A DNA stretch of 64,000 nucleotides from Tubulanus polymorphus (lineage: Eukaryota; Animalia; Nemertea), in assembly GCF_964204645.1 (NCBI RefSeq), contig NW_027437431.1, forward strand, positions 177,463 through 241,462, read 5' to 3'. Of this stretch, positions 10,596-25,200 are shown piece after piece (position 1 is the first letter of the stretch; each line of letters begins with the position of its first letter). A model generated the notes under the pieces. The model was not told the DNA's origin. It worked only from the letters and a program-made list of their open reading frames with translations, and searched no databases. A program made the position numbers and the translations under genes.

Positions 10596-13514
10596 ATGTT
10601 TGTACATGTTATGCATGACATTCCAGACCTGATAGATAATTGTAATTACTATTTTTCGTCCGATTTCAACTTGAAATCGCACGATGACTTATTTAGTGTG
10701 TTTCATTCTAACATCCGAAGTGCCAAGAAAAATTTCGACTCGTTAGCTGACTACCTACATTTATTAAAGTTCAAATTTTCTGTAATCGGTCTGACTGAAA
10801 CGTGGACTGATACTAATCACCCAAATGAATGTTTATATAATCTGCCTGGCTATTCCGGTGTTTACCAGAGCAGGCTTAATAAAAAAGGAGGCGGAGTTGG
10901 TATTCTGGTTAATAATACTATTCCGTTTAAACGAAGGGAAGACCTCCATTTAGCAGAATCTCTCATTATAGAGATTCCACAAAGTAAATCATGCATGAAA
11001 ACTGTTATCGGCGTTGTATATCGTGCACCTGATACAAGTATAGCGGCACTTTTATCTGATTTTGAACAATTTGTAAGCCAAGTCGACAATGAAAAGCTAC
11101 GTGTTATTATATTAGGTGACTTTAATATTTATTTCGGTAAATACGGTGATAATTCACCAAATGATTCTTTCTTTAACTATGCAATAAGTAATTCTTTTTT
11201 CCCGCATATAAATTTACCAACTCGAGTAACAGATACTACATCAACTGTTATTGACCATATATTGACCAATTTTAACGACAATTGCCAATCTCAAAGTGGT
11301 GTTTTCTTAGTTGATATATCAGACCACTACCCAATTTTTGCTAGTTTTAACTGTATCTATAAAAGACATAAAACAAGTAATAATACTAAGTTAATCCATG
11401 ATATAAATCCTAGGACCATTGAAAATTTCTCCCGTTCTTTGCTGACCAATGATTGGCAAAGTGTGTACGAGTATAGTGACCCTGAAGCGTCATGCACGGA
11501 ATTTTATAAGATTATTAACAATTGTTTTGAGACGAGTTTTCCAATTAAATCTATACGTGATAAATCAAATTATAGCCATAAGCCGTGGATTACCACGGGA
11601 ATAAAAAAATCGATTCGTTTCAAGGAAAAACTGTATAAAAAGTACTTACGAAAACGGACTAAAGAGAGGAAAGATAAATATAATAGACATAGAAATATTC
11701 TTAATTCTGTCATCAAGAAGAGTAAATATTCATTTTATAGGGACAAATTTATAGCATGTAAATTAAACCCTAGAGAAATATGGCGAAACGTTAATTCTCT
11801 ACTTAACAAAGGTAAACAAAATCCTGAGATTAACTCAGAATTTCTTCTTAATGATAAAGTTCTAAAAAATGAGCAAGAAATTGCTGAAAGTTTCAATGAG
11901 TATTTTGTAAACGCTGCGCGGTCATTGGAATCTCAAATACCTATTTCCGAGAAAAACTTTAAAGATTACTTAGGTGAAAATGTATGTGAAAATTTTTTCC
12001 TCTCACCAACATGTACCCAGGAAATTGAATTAATTGTCTCTAATTTCAAGTCAAAACCTTCAAGTGGCTTTGATAACATAAGTATGAAGTTACTTAAATC
12101 GATTATTTCTATAATTTCACAACCTCTATGCCATATATTCAATTGCAGTTTCACTTCAGGGCAAGTGCCCAGTGCATTCAAAATAGCTCATGTTACTCCA
12201 ATCTATAAAAGTGGAAATAATAATCTATTCAGTAATTACCGTCCTATTTCCGTCTTGCCGTCTATATCAAAAATATTGGAAAAAATCGTATATGACAGAC
12301 TTAACAAATTTTTTGAAAAACTCAAACTTTTTAATCAACACCAATTTGGTTTCAGGAAAAAGTACTCAACTACACTCGCTTATCTAGTGCCCTTGATAAG
12401 GGCCTTTTTACTGCAGGGGTATTTATTGACCTGTCAAAGGCATTTGACACCCTTAAGTTTGATATCCTGATTTCTAAACTTGAGCACTATGGAATTCGTG
12501 GCATTCCGCTAAACTGGTTTCAAAGTTATATCACAGGTCGAAAACAAGCGGTCAAGTATAAAAATGCTTTATCCTTAACTGCGGATATAACATCCGGTGT
12601 TCCACAAGGTTCCATACTAGGACCTATTTTGTTTCTAGTATACATAAACGACTGTCCTAATGCTTGTAAATTATTAGACTCTATATTTTTTGCTGACGAT
12701 AGCAACTTTTTTTGTAGTAACTCTAATTATAAAAAGTTAGAGGGCATTCTTAACCGAGAGTTAAATCAGCTCCTCAACTGGTTTAGAGCGAATCGATCGC
12801 CTTTCCGTTAATATAGATAAAACAAATTAAATTATTTTTGGCAACAGATTTTTTCCGGATCTAAATATACGCTTAGATGGTCAACCGATAAAAAGAGTAA
12901 CAAGCACAAAATTTCTAGGCATAATTTTTGATCAAACTTTAACATGGAAGGAACACATCAATTTTGTTTGTAAAAAAGTCTCACGTGGCATTGGCATCAT
13001 TAACCGGTTGAAAAATTTCTTATCTCCAGACATTTTGAAAAATTTATACCATTGTTTTGTCCATTCACATTTGGATTATGCCAATGTTATATGGGGAAAT
13101 GCTTGTTGTACCTATTTAAACCCTCTTTTTGTTCTCCAGAAAAGAGCAATACGTACTGTAACGCATTCTGACTGGTTAGAACACACGTCACCAATTTTCA
13201 AAAGACTCAAAATCCTGAAATTATGTGATATTTATAAACAACAGCTTGGAACTTTCACCTTCTGTCAAATTAATAATTTGTTACCTGACCTTTTTGAAGA
13301 TTTCTTCATTTTTCGGCGTACTAGACCTAATTGGCGCAACACGCGCAGAATCAATGATCTTTTCATCGAATTTTCCAAAACTAATATAAAATCTAGAAGT
13401 ATTAAAATTCAAGGTGCAAAATACTGGAACAATCTACCATCTGAATTGAAAAATCAGCCCCATTTAAGTATATTTCGTTACAGTCTCAGAAGTCTGCTCT
13501 TGTCTAATTACTAG
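10596..13514 (+). pseudogene. LINE ORF2 (AP endonuclease + reverse transcriptase), frameshifted
   Basis: APE: SNIRS, GLTETW, GDFN, IDHI, SDH. RT: NYRPISVL, QFGFR, DLSKAFD, GVPQGSILGP, FADD. Frame breaks near 12385 and 12800. Confidence 0.9.
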
Positions 13515-13775
13515 TAACCATGATTGTGTGTTCTGACTTCAAGTCTAATTTATATTTATATCTTTTAGAGTGTCTCTAGTAACGTATGTGTGTGGTGTGC
13601 GTATGATTGCGAGAATGTGAGCGTATGTGGTGAGGGATTTCAGACTAGTATAAGCCTTATTGGCTTTTCTTCAATTCCTCGCATAAATTATTGTTACACC
13701 GACTATATATTATGTAATAACTATTATGCTATAATCCTTGTACCAATTATTCATGCAAAATAAATCAAATCGAAT

Positions 13776-15350
13776 TGTGATTTGGGTGATGAGCTCAATG
13801 CGTCTGACCAATTTGCGGCTATTTTTTTCCAAGATAAAGATCGTAATAATAACGTCCAGTTACATGAGGACAATGACTTTATGACCTGTATTACGTCAGA
13901 GATGGAGGGTCTTAAAAATGTCGGACCCCCAACAAAAAATCTACAGTTAGCACAAGCCGTTGATAAACTGATGACAGGGTTTAGGGGAGAGATAATTTTG
14001 ATATTAAGAAGGATTTGTTCGATAAATTGGAGAAATCCGTTAGGCAGTATGCTTGCCCTGAAAATGTTCCGAGTTTGGCCGTCGCTAAAGTAAATCAGCC
14101 AATTTGTTCTAAGCTAACTAAAGAGTCGGCTGCTTTCGATTTAAAGTGTCAGAAGATTCAGAATTATAACCTATGAGGTATTACTGCGGTCACACAATGG
14201 ATCTTTTATCGGGTCTAGAACCTTTAGACAAAAATACCTTAGGTATGACGTTATATCACTCCTTGAGTCTCTTTGCGCAAAGCAACTATGAAATGAATTT
14301 AAGACGTCGGGAACTATTGAAGCGTGGATTTAACGATGTTTATAAGCCAATCTGGCTCCCCTCAAATCCTATTGGGAAAGATCTTTTCGGGGATCAACTT
14401 GATGACAACTTGAGTTGCGAGACATAGAAAGGTCAAGTCGTATGGTTACGAAGATGGTAGATCGAGGTCGTGGGAACTATCGATCTAGAGGTTATGGAAA
14501 CGGGAGATTCCAGCCATATAGAAGGCCTGCTTATTCCAATTTCCCTAAACAGGATTTTTGGAAAAGAGGTCAACATCAGAGGAAACAATAAGTTCTCAAT
14601 TACCATCTGTTGCTGGCCAAATTAAACATTTTTTTCTCCTTCTGGGAGACTTTAACTTCTGACAAATCAATTTTGAATTTGGTTTTGGGTTATAACATTG
14701 AATGGAATTCGATGCCTCCTAATCAATTTTTTCCACCGCGTTCAATTAGTTTCAATGAGGTTGAAACTTCTGCTATTGACTCACTATTATCAGATTTTTC
14801 GAGTCGTGGAATTATTGAATTGGCTTCACCTGACAGGGGTCAATTTTTATCAAATATTTTCGTCGTTCCGAAAAAATGGATCATTCAGACTTATTTCAAA
14901 TTTGACTTGTTTAAACAAACATGTTCAAACATTATCATTTTAAAATGAACTCTTTGAAATCAGTTCTTAGTCCTATGACTCCAGGTTGTTTCATGGCCTC
15001 TCTTGATTTGAAAGATGCCTATTATTCTGTCAATATTGCTTGAAGTGATCGGAAATATCTTCGATTCATTTGGAAGGGTCAACTTTTTTCAGTATACCTG
15101 CCTTCCAAACGGAATTTCATCGGCGCCAAGAATTTTTTACCAGGCTTCTGAAGCCTGTTTTTACTCCCCTTCGAGAATTGGGGTATAATTCCGCAGATTA
15201 CATTGATGATATTTAAATGCAAGGAGATGACGAGCCTTGTTGCGATGATAATGTATGTGTTACAGAAAAACTATTAGTAAATTGTGGTTATGTTATAAAT
15301 TCGGTTAAATCGGAAAAGAAATCTAGTACTCAGAGAAAATGGATTTTGGA
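13776..15350 (+). mobile_element. DIRS-type (tyrosine-recombinase) retrotransposon remnant: gag C-terminus + RT
   Basis: gag NLRRRELLK...LFGDQL. RT FVVPKKNGSFRLISNL, HFKM, SLDLKDAYYSV, LPNGISSAPRIFTRLLKP, YIDD. Several frameshifts and stops. Confidence 0.8.
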
Positions 15351-17788
15351 TGAGTTCCATTACTTGGAAAGTTTTTCTTGGCCAGGCCAAAGTCCATAAG
15401 GTTGTGAATGAATGCAGATTATTATTAGATACTTCATAACCTTCAATACATCACATAGCCAAAGTTGTCGGAATTTTGGTTTCTGTTTTACCTGCTGTTG
15501 TTGGGGTGGAAACGAGTTGCCGGAAACCATAAAACTTGAATATTTTGTGTACAACGTGATTTTTGCTAGCTTCTATATTGAAATCACCGATAACTACAAT
15601 AGGAACATTCATGAATGGTGTTGCTTGAATGAGTTGTTCAATGAGATACTTTGTTACATGGAAGTTACGAACTTGCTCTGGAGTTATGTAGACAGTAGCA
15701 ATAAGTAACTGCATAGAGCTAGTACGGGTGCAATCAAGTATTCCAGGTTGGGAATTGGTAGATGCTTAAATGTGAACATAGGTAACGTGTTACGCCAGTA
15801 AAATGCAATACCACCATGACATTTCCATTTCCTTGTTGATTTATCCAGAATGTGATTGTTGTAGGAGTCGATAGGGTCAGCACGTGATATCAGAAAATGA
15901 TTGAGGGAATAGAAATTGCCGTCGTCTGAAGGACGACTCCAAGTTTCTGTGAGGGAAATCATATGTGCATGTAGAAAAATATCGTCATTCTGAAAATCAT
16001 TGATATGGGCAGCCTGCGATTGTATGTTGAGATAAGCAATAGTAAAGGCCATGTAAGAAGGTTGCTGTAATATATGTGCATGAGGAATCTGTAAACTGTT
16101 GTACATCTTCATATCAGCAAGATGGTTCATAGTTTCCTGATAAGCCCGTAATTTATTACTATCAAAATCCAGTAAGAAAATACCCTGGGGGCTAGAAACT
16201 CTGCTTAGAACTACATACAGTTGGCCATCTTGATATCGACCTTCACAAGATATCACTACTTCAGATTAAGTTTGACCTTGAACTTTATAGGTCGTACATG
16301 CCCATGCTAGAACTAAAGGGAATAGGTATCTAGATAAATCTGCTTTAGAACGTAAATTGAATTTCCCTTCTTCACGCTTGATAGGGACAGCTGATCTGTT
16401 ATGATGGAGGAGAGCCATTTGCAATCTAGTATGTGAACCAATGTTGGGGTTGTCAAACTCAATGAGAATGTATTTAGGAGAATAAATACTTCATCTGAGA
16501 AATCAATTGGGATGGGAGGGATGAACCCAATAACATTACCCTGTGCACCATTTACCAGTCCATCTTTGACATTGACATTTTTGGTAAGCATAACTCTAGC
16601 ATTCAGGCAAACTTCTAATGTAGTCGGCAATCCAGCTGTTGCTGCATGGGTACCACGATCAATTGGCTCTTTGATAGGAAGATGAGTATTTCCCTCTTTG
16701 CAAGTGTCTTTTGCTTTAACAGTAACAACAGGAGTTTGCGTTGCATAGACTGTATTAGCTTTTTATTGTGGGTCTCAACTCATTTGTTCGTCGGGAAAAT
16801 GTGCAGAGCCTCTCTAGGTTAGGAAATATCATCACGAGAGATCAATCTCGAAGAAATCATATTGTGATCATTATGAGTTAAAGCATTGACTCTAGTCCGG
16901 TTAAGTAGCTATGCAAAAGACTTGTCTTCTCTTTGCCGCATTATTTCGCTGAGTTCAATTCTTTTGAAAATCGAACCGTAGCATGGCGCAAGATATGAAG
17001 GATTGGCTTTAAAGAGACTTGCCTGAGCATCTGGGGCCAATTGCAACATATCACCAATAACAACTAATACAGTGATGCCACCAAATAGAGAGTTGTTACC
17101 TTTTATTTCCATTAGGCGTTGATCTATATAGAGAAGCATGTCATAACCCACCATAGAAATCTCATCTATTATCAAGATCTTGAGGTTAGCAAAAGCAACT
17201 TGGAAAGAGTGTTTGGTTTCAGGAGGGTAGTAGGTTTTGAAACGTTGATTCACTGGCAAATGAAATGCAGTATGAAGAGTTATGCCTTTGATGTTGAAAG
17301 CAGCAGTGCCAGTAGGAGCAGTCAACAACACAGTAATGTCATCTGATAATTCATCTGTGTGATGATGGAATCTATGACTAGCAGTATGATAGATAGTTGT
17401 TATCAAATGGCTTTCCCCTGTTCCACCTGGTCCTGAAACAAAAATGCTAAAGGGCTCAGGACATGGACAGTCAGGGTTTTTCTTATGTTGAGAAAATTCA
17501 GTTCACCAGGTGACGAGCAGTTGGAAGATATTACGTTGTTGGAAGTTCAACTGCTGAGCCATGAATCTCAACTCCTGTAGAGCAGGGACATTATCTTGAA
17601 CATGAATAGATACATGGGAGGAACCTAAATCTACAGACTGTTGACCATGAGGTTGAAAGGCAATTAAAGCTGGAGATAAGCCTTCAACCATAGCATCGAA
17701 GTCTTCTTGTTGTGATTAAGAAGCCAGAGCATTCCAAGGGTCATTATTCGGACCAATAGTTTCATAAGCATCAAGAGCATTATCTATG

Positions 17789-19556
17789 TCAATAAACCAT
17801 TTTACAGTTGCTAGCCGCCATTTTGTTAGGGTACTTTTGTCCCGTATTGTTGGGTCATTTTTTTCTATTTTTTAAAAACTGTCCGTGATGTGTGTTGTAT
17901 CATATTTCATCTGTCCATGGATGGATTTTGACAACTTCAGCAACATTCAAACTGCGTGAATCTCTAGTTTTCAGTTATGTAAAAATAATTTCTCAAATTT
18001 ACAACAATGCGACATGAGAGCGATATAAAAATCGGTGGTCAGTTTTTGCCGTGCGCATAGAAATCAAGGGTACTGAACTTTGAAGTTCGTTATTTTCAGA
18101 AATAATTTTCTAAAAAATCCTAGCATTTCAAGAACTATGCGCATAAATGCCCCCTTTCAGGTGAACTTTGAAATTTTAAGATATCTTGCCTAGTTTTTTT
18201 TCTATGGCACTTTAACTGCAGCGCGTGTATTGTCATTCCGAGATTCGGCGCTGTTTTCTTTGCGTGTATTTCAGTATATGGGTGTTATTTTTTCACTTTT
18301 ACTACACTTGTCTCTACGGAAAATGGTTTTAATTGTTGGTACGAGTATCAGGTTTTAATATTACGTCATTTATGCAATATAATAGATCGAAGACATTAGA
18401 GATGTTGGAGTTAAAGGGATTTTTTTACCAGTTTTAGCAGCGAGACTGAACGGCATTTTGATCACGTATTCGAAGTTGCGCGCGGGAAGAGAATATATGG
18501 GCCTATATTGAGATGGAAGAAGAAAAGAAATATAACACACAAAATCGAGTATGATGACCATTTAAATCAGTAGTCTATCAATAAATTTACATAAAAATCT
18601 ACTGAAATTAGATGGATGGAGAAGTGGTCAAAAAGCTGGACAAATGGGTTGGGGCAAATATTCAGCTACTTTCTATGAATACTTTCTATTAAGTACACAC
18701 AAGATTGATTAGATTGGGAAGAAAATATAGGAGAACGTTTTCTTGCTTTGGTGGTGACATATCAAGTATCAAGTCCTAATGTCAGACACCGGTGATAAAA
18801 AGTAAAAAGTGACATCTACCATCACAAAAACGCAAGAAGTGTGTGGATTGCATTTACAACAAAAGAGTGATATTTTGGGTTTTCTTGGGTGCATGTACGT
18901 AAGCCTCTGCCTGCTGTAAAAGCGGCTACCAATACAGCCATTACGAACTAGCGCCGGAGAACGGAATACAGTATTAATGCCGTAATATTAAAACCTGATA
19001 CTCGTACCAACAATTAAAACCATTTTCCGTAGAGACAAGTGTAGTAAAAATGAAAAAATAACGCCCATATACTGAAATACACGCAAAGAAAACAGCGCCG
19101 AATCTCGGAATGACAATACACGCGCTGCAGTTAAAGTGCCATAGAAAAAAAACTAGGCAAGATATCTTAAAATTTCAAAGTTCACCTGAAAGGGGGCATT
19201 TATGCGCATAGTTCTTGAAATGCTAGGATTTTTTAGAAAATTATTTCTGAAAATAACGAACTTCAAAGTTCAGTACCCTTGATTTCTATGCGCACGGCAA
19301 AAACTGACCACCGATTTTTATATTGCTCTCATGTCGCATTGTTGTAAATTTGAGAAATGATTTTTACATAACTGATACTAGAGATTCACGCGGTTTGAAT
19401 GTTGCTGAAGTTGTCAAAATCCATCCATGGACAGATGAAATATGATACAACACGCATCACGGATAGTTTTTAAAAAAGAGAAAAAAATGACCCAACAATA
19501 CGGGACATAAGTACCCTAACAAAATGGCGGCTAGCAACTGTAAAATGGTTTATTGA
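17789..19556. mobile_element. Non-autonomous long-TIR (foldback-like) DNA element inserted in the Helentron
   Basis: ~577-bp nearly identical inverted arms (17789-18365 / 18981-19556, TCAATAAACCATTTTACAG...) around a ~615-bp spacer. No clear TSD, superfamily unassigned. Confidence 0.75.
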
Positions 19557-21569
19557 GTTACGGTCAAACTGTTCACGATGTAATGTTACAATATCCAGGT
19601 ATCTAGGCATTTTTCCATGAAAGTTGAGGTGATTAGGTCACTGTCTTCATGTCTCCAAGGAAAATACAGCATCAACCTACTATGATAATACCTCTCAGGT
19701 TATTTCTGTACTGAAAATTTATGAGTTCGAATTACAGCAGGCTTAGCGCGTTGAGTTATGTGAATTTGTTCAATACGGTCGATGGTTTTAATAAACTGCT
19801 TGCTTTCAGGGTTCCAAGTGTGTCGAAAACCTTCTATAGAACTATAGTATGATTGATGATAGGTTTAGCATGGTAAAGATGAGACGCAGTGTCACGAGTT
19901 CTGTAGGTGATGTTAGCTGTCTGCAAACTAAAGTTTTTGATGCTGGGGGCTTTGGAAAGGAGAATCCACACTTTTTACTTGTTTTTCAGCAGGATGGTGA
20001 ATGAGTGTTTCTCGACTAGTATGACCAAAATAGACATTTGTTCATCATCATCAGGGATCGAAGCAGTGATGTAAGAATCAACATATTTCTGTACTTCTTC
20101 ATCGTTTGAGTCAGATAGATGTGAAGTATTCTTTATCCAGAAAACAGCATGAATATGAGGAAAACTGAAATGAGGATATATGAAAGTAAAAGATGCAATA
20201 ATCACAGTAGGAAGTGTTAAACAAGTAAAAATTGAAGGATAACAAATATCAGTTTCATTGGAAATGAGATTGAATAATGGTGTTTGAGAAATCACCTCGC
20301 TGTAAGAACTCAACTCTATATGTATATGCTGAAACTGTGCCAATAGGACCATCATCTTTTAGTAGCAGATGTTTGAAAAACAGCTGAACTCTGTAATCAA
20401 AGTGACGAGCAGCTGTTACAGGATTCTGGCGCAACCACTTATTTTCTTCTTCCCATGTCATAGCATTGACATCATCAACAGACAGATAAGACCCATACTG
20501 AGCTGCGATGATTTGTATTACATAAGGCCACTTGAGGTCAGCAGCAGAAAGTGTCAGAAAGAAGGTAAAGATGCCTAGTTGCCGAACCATAGCCAAAAGG
20601 TCATAAAACATCTTCTTCAGTAAGGAGGGGATCCGTGAATATTTTTCAGAAACTGATAACCATCATCAGATGATAATTTTAGGGTTTCTGGCTTTTTCAA
20701 AGACCCAGTCCTCACATCTGTTTCCAGTGTTACTTGATTATTTCTTCAAATGGCTATAGATATACAATCATTAATTTGCTTCATCTCCGTTACATGTTGA
20801 GCATAGAATAGGTATGGTATACACCTGGCAAATCATTGATTATATCCACACAAGCGTGCTTTGAAATATTGCTTCAGTGATAATATTAAGAGGCTTTTGA
20901 TGCATCATGACCAAAAACTCCATTAGGGAAGAGTTGTGGGAAAGACAGAACATCACTGGCAGGATCATCGAGGATGCTCAGAGGTTTCTGTGCTTCTCCT
21001 GGAGCAATTTCTATAATTTCGTTTCCTTTATCGGTAGATGTTGTATCAACATTAACTGGAACATTGACAACTGTTTCAAGTATTGCATTTTGCTTTCCTC
21101 TAGGAAGAGCCATAATCTTCATGAAAGGAATTCTTTGTGATATCATAGTAGCTTCCAAATCAGATAAACCTTTGAATTCATCACTTAAAGGTGGAAGATC
21201 TAATTTGTTGGCCTTTGCTCCTGCAGGCATACATCCCCTTTTAATACTGTTATGGCAAGTATGGCAAATATATGTCAAGCCATCAGAACTAGGCAATGCA
21301 TAACGGATAAGACACTCCTGTAATAATGTATCAGGAGTGTTAACGTACTTTGAAGCACCAAAAGGAATGCAGGAAACTTTATACATCAGCATATGACAAC
21401 AAATGCAGACTAAGGTTGGTCAACATGAAACAGAAGTTTCAAAGGTTCCCATACTAGAAGAATTGAACGTATTAATATTTTGTCGATATGAGCTTTGAAG
21501 CATGTTTTCTACTTTGTCCCGTTTACCATTCTTTAAGCTTATTTTCTTCGACTGTAAGTGTAGTTCCTT

Positions 21570-21910
21570 TTCCTTTTTTTGTTGAACAAGATCAGATCTG
21601 GTAAGGTTTTTACTACGTAGTTCCACAATGCGTTCTGCTTGACGTTTAGCAGAATCAGATCTGGATGACTGCCGTTGTTGTTAGTCAGCCTTTTTCTTTT
21701 TCGCATTTAGCAGGATCAGATCTTGTTTTGTTTTTACTACGCAGTCCGATGACACGTTCTGCTCGACGTTTAGCAGGATAAGATCTGGATGACTGCCGTT
21801 GTTGTAAGTCAGCCTTTTTTCGTGTTTAGCAGGATCAGATCTGGTTTTGTTTTTACTATGCAGTCCGACGACACGTTCTGCTTGACGTTTAGTGGCATCA
21901 GATCTGGCTT
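21570..21910 (-). repeat. Imperfect coding tandem repeat (...TRSDPAKR...) in the Helentron N-terminal region
   Basis: Repeated TTTAGCAGGATCAGATCTGG units at ~57-63 bp spacing. Confidence 0.6.
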
Positions 21911-24059
21911 TCATTTTACTCAAAAGCTCAATTTTTTTTTCTTTTTCACGTTAAGGATCATTTCGAAGTGTTGATCATTTCGATGTGTTGATCGGCGAAG
22001 TTTGTCCAAAATTGTCTCCCTTGTTTTATAATTGGTATCTAAACGTCTAATCTTTTTACGTAGGGCATCTTTGGTACAGTGATTATCTTGATTCTCTTGA
22101 AAGTGCATTGAAGTACTGTGGGCATGTTGTAATTCCAACTGGTCTGTAGATATGTGCTGAATGGCTTGTAGAATGCCTGAAAATTTAATGAGGGACATGA
22201 AACTTAGAATTTCAATTAGTCGATTTTGTGTGCAGGTATGGAAAAAGACAGATTTTTTTAGCTCGAATACATGGAATAAAGAAATGTGAGAAGAGTATCA
22301 CATATTGTTCTAACAGGATATGAAGCGTCGGTGCAAAGATTTTTGTAACAATATGGCAAGAAAATGAAGGCAATGTGAATTGATTGATATTGAACAAAGA
22401 TACAGCTGAGATTGAGTTGTAGATGTGGAATTTGAGGTGTTTGGTATTATGTACTGCATCATTTGCCTAAAAGAAAATAAATCAGTAAACTAACTAGGAA
22501 AGACCCATATGCAATCTATGAGGACAGTTATTTCTTATATTTACTCAAGTTACTATTCACAGAGAGTACCAGTACATTAAAAGAAGTAATAAAAACGTAG
22601 GATGCTGAGATGATAGATGACAGTGGTTGATAATGTGTACTATCAATATTAGTTATAACCTTCTCTGGGTAAGTAAGATAAACCTTGAGCTAAAAGAAAT
22701 CATCTTATTCAGAAATCATGATTCAGTAGGTTCTATAATGGGCATAGTGGTAATGGAAAGAATAATGAGTTACACTGATATTGCATTGAACAAAAAATAA
22801 CTGATAACTTACTAAGAACTACCTGATGCTGTTTTCGTAATTTATCCTCTTCTCTTTTTTACGTGGGCTTTTTGATTTAAATTTCGGCATCGTTGCTGCA
22901 TGAAGGTTGAAGAAACTGAAGTGGAGTAGTTTTGATTAGTTGTGCCTTAAACCAAACTACTGTATTCTGTAGCGTTAAGCTATTATCCATATAATTTCTA
23001 CCTTTCTAGGCACATGGTTTAACTTCACATCACTATAATTGGGAGGTGCAATGGCAGGTTTTCCCGCCAGATGGCGTGACGAATACTCAGTGTTTCGATG
23101 TCAATCAAGATCAGTTCATATTTGATGAACTTCAAACTGAAATTTTAGGCTCCCGAATCCATACATTATCATATGACCCCACAAATATACTTAATATTCA
23201 TTTTCCTACTTAGATGTCGGTGTAGTTTCCATAATATCTGATAAGAGAAAAGTCCATTCGGTTTTCATTGAAAAGTAGAAGAGCACGAAAGACCGAGTAA
23301 CTACTAGCGAAACCGGCGGATTCTTGCTTGTCACAGGAGTGCTGGTAGTTCCCCATTGCTTAATGCCAATGAATAGAGTAGTTAGGTATATTGACTGCCA
23401 GAGTAATGTTATAAAAGTTAGAGAAACTTATGTGAAAGTCATCATTACATGACAATCACCCCGAGTAATGATGACTTGCATGCACCACTTGTCATGCATA
23501 TGTCAAGGTGGCAATGCAGACTTGTATTATCACTGCCACAATGCAGACAGAAGTGTTGCATGATCTTACTTAGAAAATATATATATACTAAATGATCTGA
23601 AAGTACAATTTATTGTCAAAACCTTTTTTGATCGTACGAACATTAATACAAGAACTCTAACACATTCGTTCTTCGGATATAGGCAAGTAGGAAACTTTAG
23701 CAACTTTTGAATGTAGCATTAAGACGAGATATAATAACAGTGGTAGACATAATCCTACACTTAAAGTCTAGCCGAATTGACTAGACGATGAAAAAGAACA
23801 TTTGAAATAATACACGAAACAACTAAAGTGCCCTGTTTAGCGTTTGTAGTATTAAGCTTTTGTAGGCCTAGTCGAAGTACTGTCAGTACTTGCAACACAA
23901 TTACAACATCTTAAGTCTAGACAAATTTTACTAGACTATCAAAAGTTATATAAAAACACAAATGAATTAATGTCAACAGATAGGAAGATATAGCAAATAC
24001 ATAAAACATGTCTACTATGTATGCACTTGTTTATTCATTATAGTTGTCTGTGGCGATGC

Positions 24060-25200
24060 TTTGGTCATTAATGTCCATCACATCAGCATTTATACTGAGT
24101 CAACTTTAACTGGTGTACTAGTTAGTGCTTCATCCATAGTGAATTCATCGTCACCAAAATCGACCATGACCAGTCTCCGTCGTCTAGGAATTTGGTCCAG
24201 TTGTTGTGACATATTAGTAAGTTTCTCTTTGAGAGGAAGCCATGCTGATTTGGAGAGATCATGTTTTCTGTTGTCAGGTGATTCATAATTTCGTCTCTTG
24301 ATGGTTTCTAATATTTTGCAACATATTGCATGTTAGGCTAGCGGGTCTGTAGTTAGATGATTTGGATTTATCGCCCTTTTTGTGGATCGGTTTAAATATC
24401 CCCATTTTTCATTCCGACGGCAGTGTACAGGTAGTGAGCGATTTTTGGAATATTATCTAACTTGTCTGCTATTTCTTTCAATAGTCTGGGATCGAGCTTA
24501 TATGGACCTGGACTCTTACTCGTTTTGAGGTTTTTGAGTTTCTTCAGAACTGATGCAGCTGTGACGTGTTGATCCACGTGGCCAATATTTCTACCTACTG
24601 TCAGAGGGGTAGGGTGGGGGATGTTGTGAACATCCTCAGTAACGAATACACTGCTGAAATATCTATTAAAAATCTCGGCTTTTTCGGTGTTTTCCGAAGC
24701 GATGACCTCATTATGATGAATAGCTGGAATCTTGGAATTTCTTGATCAATGGCTTTTTCACGGTTTGAAAGAATTAGATCTAAAAGGCTCGGTTGTTGGT
24801 TTGGCCGGTACCTTGTTGGCTCATCTACGAATTGGCGAAGATAGCAGTCGTTTACCGTTTCGATAAATAGGCTTGATGCATGGTTTCTGTTTGCCATAGA
24901 TGTTTCAGTCTCCCAATTTATTTCAGGGAGGTTGAAATCACCAGTAATCAATAGGTCGTCACAAGCCCCCCTTTCATCTGACATACTTCTAATCACGTTG
25001 TTTAACTTCATATTGTTTTCGGTGGTAGAATTTGGGCTCCTGTATATAGTACCGAAGAAGGGAATTTCCATCCTCCTTTGGGACCCTAATCCACTTGTTT
25101 TCGGAGGCATTTATTTTCGGGGTTATTTCGTTAATCATCATATTGTTTCCAACGTATTTACAAATACCGCGCCCGATCTCATTTAAATTATTAACAGGGG
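24060..25200 (-). mobile_element. CR1 LINE ORF2 fragments
   Basis: IYRSPNS, GDFNLPEINW, SLLDLIL (APE), KSPGP, NYRPASLTC-like (RT). Internally deleted. Confidence 0.75.

Larger units (their letters stand above)
9095..13775 (+). mobile_element. Near-full-length CR1/L2-group LINE
   Basis: ORF1 + ORF2 (APE-RT) + 3' UTR ending AAATAAATCAAATC. 5' boundary approximate. Confidence 0.85.
15400..22450 (-). mobile_element. Degenerate Helentron (Helitron2-type): Rep - PIF1 helicase - AP endonuclease
   Basis: Rep: LLAMVRQLG.FTFFLTLSAADLKW, YRVEF..QRG, PHIHAVFW. PIF1: TAPTGTAA, IIDEISMV, GDMLQLAP, GQLYVVLSRV. Endonuclease: YLNIQS, LTETW, VIGDFN. Confidence 0.85.

Noticed and set aside
22450-24060. Coding features in this interval
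   Set aside because: No ORF or motif I can support; probably Helentron upstream or intergenic DNA.
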